Below, one piece after another: positions 60,237-64,000 of a DNA stretch of 64,000 nt. The notes under the pieces are model-generated. The model saw nothing but the letters and a program-made list of their open reading frames with translations, was not told the DNA's origin and made no database searches. Origin of the DNA: a virus; IMG/VR virus record IMGVR_UViG_3300006793_000018, positions 26,301 to 90,300 of that record; one strand, 5' to 3'. Made by a program: the position numbers and the translations under genes. Position 1 is the stretch's first letter. The number at the start of each line of letters is the position of its first letter.

Positions 60237-63007
60237 TCGCTCAACTCCTCAAATGCCTCAGTTGGAGTGTCATTTGGGGTGTCTGTCCGTGGAGCGTCAA
60301 GCACTCCAGCGACGTCGTTATCGACGGCAGATTTCATGGCAGATTCAAGATCACAATACCAGTTCTGTCCAGCATCAACGACGATGTTCCACTTCTTAGC
60401 CCTCGTCCATGCCACATAGCACATATTGGCCTCATTGACAGCAGATTCAACGGATGCTTTCATTGATCGGGGAGACATGAATGCTGGCATTGTACCATCA
60501 TCAGTCTTGATGGAGTCAATGATGAACATCACATCAGCCTCTTCACCTTTGAAGCGGTGAATGGTGGAGATGTGGACGGCTGTACCGCCCTCCTCAGTGA
60601 ACAGGGTGTTCTTCACCCAGTCGGACAAAACCGTGGCGAATTTACCTGTTGTGGGCTTGTCTTCACGGCGACCGAAATACAGATTGACGAAGGCAACCAT
60701 GAGATCAATGTTCGCCGCCAATTCCTCGAAGTTGGAGTCGGATGCGATGGCCTTGGCGTGTCCTCCATGCAGGTCGGTGAACTTCTGGACGGCGTGTTGC
60801 TTGAGTTGCTCCAACTCCTTGATGGCGGTGCGACGGGTCATCCCAGAGGCGTCCCTGTCCTTCCAGCCCAGTCCAATGCGAGTCAACTTCTTGACGGCCC
60901 ATGTGCCGCTGAGAATCTTGTCAGAGGTACGGGTGCGGTTGGCGGTGGCGGCGAAGGCTTGCGTGACCATGCCGTCCTTGCCTGTTGGCGTTGAAACAGG
61001 GATGCCCTGCTTGACAAGTCCAATGAGGTACTCTGCAAGGGGTGCTTTGAGGCGAGAAACAAGACCAAAGGTGGTATCCGACCCAAGGAGGTTTTGCGCG
61101 CTCACAACGGCCTTGCCAACCTCGGCAGGGCTGATGGTGATGGGCAGCGGTCCACGCGGCCAATTGAGGTGTCCGAATTGATCGGCAACCAATGGGTGTG
61201 CAGGACTTTTGTGGTTGTGATAATTGGTTGCAGGAACTTGATCTCCCCACACCTCATGGACTTGAGAAAGGGCATCAGCACAAGCAACACGGGCAGAGGC
61301 GGCAACCATCTCAGTGCCACGCCAGCAGACGGACTGTGGGAAATAGGTCGCACCAATCTGTGTGGCGTTGTCGTGAAATGCCGAACTTGAGGCTCCTGCA
61401 AATAGGTAAATTGCCTGTGAAATATCTCCGCAGATGACAATGTGAGCATCAGTTGCAGTGAGCCTCCAAACGAGTTGCGCCTTGAGTACGCTGAGGTCTT
61501 GAACTTCATCGATGAACATACACTGGATGCGCTGAGAATCGGGCAGAGAGAGGTCAAGAGCATGAGGGAGGTACACTTGGTCATCCATGGTCAAAAGACA
61601 GGCTCCTGTGCCTGTTTCAGCCTCATCCAGATCAATGGTGATGTCCTCGACAGGGCGTTCATATCCATCAAGACGGATGTCGATCTCGTCCTGCTTGAAC
61701 ACCAGGCTGAGAACGGTGATGAGGTCATCAAGACGCTTGGCTTGAACCACACGGATTCCCGTAGCACGGTCGTATTTTGCCCAAGGTGCGATGCGCTTGC
61801 CATCGACCTTGTACGTGCCTTGCTTGCCGAATTGACGGCCAATCCAAGTGCCATCCAACTTCTCCTTTTGGCCCTCGTTCTCGAAGGTCATGACGATGCG
61901 TTCGTTGGCGTCCTGAGCGATGACAACTTTCGTCACAGAATCGCCCTGAGTCTTGAGGGACACGGACTTGAAGTCGTTGTCCTTCTTAGCAACAGGAGGG
62001 AACACGGTGGAGGCCACACGGAGAATCTGCCAATGGGCTTGATCGACCTTGGCAGGGTCTTTGGTGCGAACCAATTCTTTGATGGTGTTGGCGTTCTCCC
62101 AATACTTCTCATGGCGAGAATCCTTGACAGGAACGACAGCATCAGTCCACGGGTTGGCATCGCAATGAGGGCGGTGCTTGCCACGCTTGAAGGCCGAGTG
62201 GATGCCAAGGGCGAGGACAGACATGGCGAGGCGACAGGCCACCCTGTCACCAAAGCCACCGATGGCGTTGTCATCCCAACCTTGGTTGGAACCGACGCGC
62301 TTGACGATGGCAACGGCCTCTGTGATCTCCTCATCCCATTCCTCCTCCGTGGAGGTGCGGATGGCGAAGAAGTATCCGTCATCGGTGGTGTCGATGCCCA
62401 TGGTTCGGGGTACAAAGCCCTCGTTCATGAGAATGGTACACAAGTCCCTCAATCCGTAAGAGAGGTCGTTGAAGGCGTGAGAGGTGGTCTTCAAGTCCAA
62501 CTGGTTGGCACAGATGACCAAGGAGTTGAGGTTCATCCCGTACAGGGAGGAACCAAGCGCACCAGAGAGGACAATGCGACAGAAGCGTGTCCAACGGTGT
62601 TCACCTGCATCGAGGAGATCGACACGGCTGAAACCCTCTGCCTTGGCCTTGGCCGTGAGCAGAGCGTGTCCTCCAGCGTTGACGGTGTTCCTGTTCCCAA
62701 GGATGTGGGCATTGAGTCCGTACTCCTTTTTGAGTTCAAGCAGAGCGTCCTTTCGAGATTGAGCAATGTGGGTATTGAAGGCGGTGCTACTCGTCCTGAT
62801 GGTGGGGTCGAATCGTGCCACGGTGCGCTCCATTCCATTGATGAGCGAGGACTTTCCAGAACCTGCAACAGACGAGATGGCAATGCGAGCAGGGGCTGCT
62901 CCTCCAATGATCTTCTCAGCGAACTCATCCAAGGATGACCATTGCTCAGTTGACCAAGAGTTCCCGTTTTGATCTGTTCGAGGGATGATGGCGTGATGGA
63001 AACTCAA
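60233..63007 (-). CDS. Superfamily 1 (UvrD/Rep-like) helicase with large insertions
   Basis: SVAGSGKS, AFN, IDEVQDLS, GDISQAIYLFAGA, CWR, STIHRFKGEE, YVAWTRAK. Confidence 0.88.
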   Translation of the reverse strand: MSFHHAIIPRTDQNGNSWSTEQWSSLDEFAEKIIGGAAPARIAISSVAGSGKSSLINGMERTVARFDPTIRTSSTAFNTHIAQSRKDALLELKKEYGLNAHILGNRNTVNAGGHALLTAKAKAEGFSRVDLLDAGEHRWTRFCRIVLSGALGSSLYGMNLNSLVICANQLDLKTTSHAFNDLSYGLRDLCTILMNEGFVPRTMGIDTTDDGYFFAIRTSTEEEWDEEITEAVAIVKRVGSNQGWDDNAIGGFGDRVACRLAMSVLALGIHSAFKRGKHRPHCDANPWTDAVVPVKDSRHEKYWENANTIKELVRTKDPAKVDQAHWQILRVASTVFPPVAKKDNDFKSVSLKTQGDSVTKVVIAQDANERIVMTFENEGQKEKLDGTWIGRQFGKQGTYKVDGKRIAPWAKYDRATGIRVVQAKRLDDLITVLSLVFKQDEIDIRLDGYERPVEDITIDLDEAETGTGACLLTMDDQVYLPHALDLSLPDSQRIQCMFIDEVQDLSVLKAQLVWRLTATDAHIVICGDISQAIYLFAGASSSAFHDNATQIGATYFPQSVCWRGTEMVAASARVACADALSQVHEVWGDQVPATNYHNHKSPAHPLVADQFGHLNWPRGPLPITISPAEVGKAVVSAQNLLGSDTTFGLVSRLKAPLAEYLIGLVKQGIPVSTPTGKDGMVTQAFAATANRTRTSDKILSGTWAVKKLTRIGLGWKDRDASGMTRRTAIKELEQLKQHAVQKFTDLHGGHAKAIASDSNFEELAANIDLMVAFVNLYFGRREDKPTTGKFATVLSDWVKNTLFTEEGGTAVHISTIHRFKGEEADVMFIIDSIKTDDGTMPAFMSPRSMKASVESAVNEANMCYVAWTRAKKWNIVVDAGQNWYCDLESAMKSAVDNDVAGVLDAPRTDTPNDTPTEAFEELSE

Positions 63008-63324
63008 GCAATCAACTCCGAACGAACAAACACGGCTTCATCGCCGTCGATCTGCATGATGATGAGGTCGTCCTTGGTTGCACCGTACTCCTCAATGAGA
63101 TGAGGTACATTGGTGCATTCAGCGGCAGAGTCTGCGAACATCTCGAAGCCCTTGACAGGGGCGAGAGAGTCCCGTGCATCCCAAACAGAGATGTCCCCGT
63201 CGAGTTCGTACTGCTCACGCCAATCATCGTCCATTTGGACATTCCAGAACATCGTCCAGCCGTTGCCATCGTGGAGGTCAAGGCCGACCTGCGCCAAATG
63301 ATCAAGGTCAATGTTGATGCTCAT
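63004..63324 (-). CDS. Hypothetical acidic protein
   Basis: Coupled ORF with ATGA overlaps. Confidence 0.5.
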   Translation of the reverse strand: MSINIDLDHLAQVGLDLHDGNGWTMFWNVQMDDDWREQYELDGDISVWDARDSLAPVKGFEMFADSAAECTNVPHLIEEYGATKDDLIIMQIDGDEAVFVRSELIA

Positions 63325-63998
63325 TCAACCACCTCGTATGGGACTGTGTTGTTCGCATTATCCAGTCCTTGATGGATGAGGTGCTGGAGGCAATCTCTCG
63401 CATCGGAGATGCTTTGCTCCATGAGGAGGAACTCAATGCAATCCTTGGCCTCATAGAGGTCATGCGCCATGGTGAGGCGGTTGCAGTTGGGGCAGACATC
63501 AGCAGACAGGGCGAAGTGTTCACCCTGATCCTCAGTCCATGTGCAATTGGTATGGATGCAGTAGTCCTCGCCACCATCGACCACAACACGGCTGTTGATC
63601 GAATTCCCATGACCAGCGTTCTCAGCACGGCTGTCACAGTCTGGATGAGGGCATTCGGTACGGTTGGCAGGGTCAGCCTCGAACGACGCCACAGAGGGGG
63701 TCGCAGAGTGGCAGAAGCGAGGGTCGGGCTGAGGAGGCTGAGGCGGTGATGGAGCGTCTTCAACGGCTTGGAGGAATTGCTTGACAATGGTCCTCCAAGT
63801 GGAGGTGCGACCTGCGTTTTGACGGCTTGCAACGAGGTCATTGAAGCCCTCTTGAACAGCGTCTGTCCATTCAGTCTTGAATGGTTCTTCGAGATCATCA
63901 GCGAGGTCGCTTGTACCTGTATCAGCATACCAAGCCTGGGTTGCTCCTCGCTTCCAATAGGTGTATCCTGCGTAGTAAGATTCGGTTGTTTCAAAGGT
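63321..63998 (-). CDS. Hypothetical Cys-rich protein, 5'-truncated by the window end
   Basis: The frame of 63321..63692 stays open to the window edge (TFETTESYYAGYTYWKRG...); CPHPDC, CIHTNC, CPNC. Confidence 0.55.
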   Translation of the reverse strand, partial: TFETTESYYAGYTYWKRGATQAWYADTGTSDLADDLEEPFKTEWTDAVQEGFNDLVASRQNAGRTSTWRTIVKQFLQAVEDAPSPPQPPQPDPRFCHSATPSVASFEADPANRTECPHPDCDSRAENAGHGNSINSRVVVDGGEDYCIHTNCTWTEDQGEHFALSADVCPNCNRLTMAHDLYEAKDCIEFLLMEQSISDARDCLQHLIHQGLDNANNTVPYEVVE

Positions 63999-64000
63999 GC

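Larger units (their letters stand above)
1..64000. mobile_element. Segment of an archaeal tailed virus genome (Caudoviricetes, probably magrovirus-like infecting Marine Group II/Poseidoniales); siphovirus-like tail
   Basis: Head-neck-tail gene order on +; archaeal-type replication and transcription genes (PriS-PriL, XPF, MCM-like, TFB-like, thermosome) on -; dense genes with ATGA overlaps; no housekeeping operons; no tail sheath recognised. Confidence 0.88.

Noticed and set aside
61442-62938. 498-aa + strand ORF
   Set aside because: Antisense shadow of the codon-biased UvrD-like helicase gene; no motifs and against the local gene orientation
63308-63994. 228-aa - strand ORF in the track
   Set aside because: Ser/Leu/Thr-rich off-frame reading; the frame ending at 63321 is open to the window edge and is more protein-like
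1-64000. tRNA/rRNA genes, integrase/att sites, terminase, portal, DNA polymerase
   Set aside because: None recognised by eye and intergenic gaps are very short; the missing core genes probably lie outside the window. tRNAscan-SE and HMM searches would be needed to exclude them formally

Overview
The whole window reads as part of a tailed archaeal dsDNA virus (Caudoviricetes) genome, most similar in gene content to the viruses of marine Group II Euryarchaeota/Poseidoniales ('magroviruses'). This assignment is inferred from a virus-encoded group II chaperonin, a fused archaeo-eukaryotic primase, an XPF/ERCC4 nuclease, an MCM-like ATPase, a TFB-like cyclin fold, a Thermoplasmata-type wHTH protein, archaeal TATA boxes and GGTGA-type ribosome-binding sites. 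There are two convergent arms. The + strand (1-34452) is the virion module: a large protein with a degenerate ligase fold, HK97-type prohead protease/scaffold, major capsid protein, neck, tail tube, tail chaperones with a clear -1 frameshift site, tape measure, three giant LamG-bearing tail proteins, then small basic proteins and a C5 methyltransferase. The - strand (34410-64000) carries replication, recombination, DNA-modification, transcription and accessory genes. No terminase, portal, DNA polymerase, tRNA, rRNA or CRISPR array was recognised in this window. The most notable observations are: (1) a shared N-terminal 'F/L-x-x-A-W-x-x-phi-K' leader on several otherwise unrelated late proteins, with a looser copy on a DNA methyltransferase, matching the phi-x-K motifs in the protease/scaffold and capsid protein, which suggests a capsid-targeting and cleavage system that may package an MTase; (2) a recurring 14-bp promoter AGTGAGYCTTTAAG together with a viral TFB-like/PC4-like gene pair; (3) two separate, apparently inactive ATP-dependent ligase homologues; (4) an out-of-frame gene nested inside the second MTase; (5) apparent avoidance of AGCT and CTAG. 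All functional calls come from reading motifs by eye; no database search was run.
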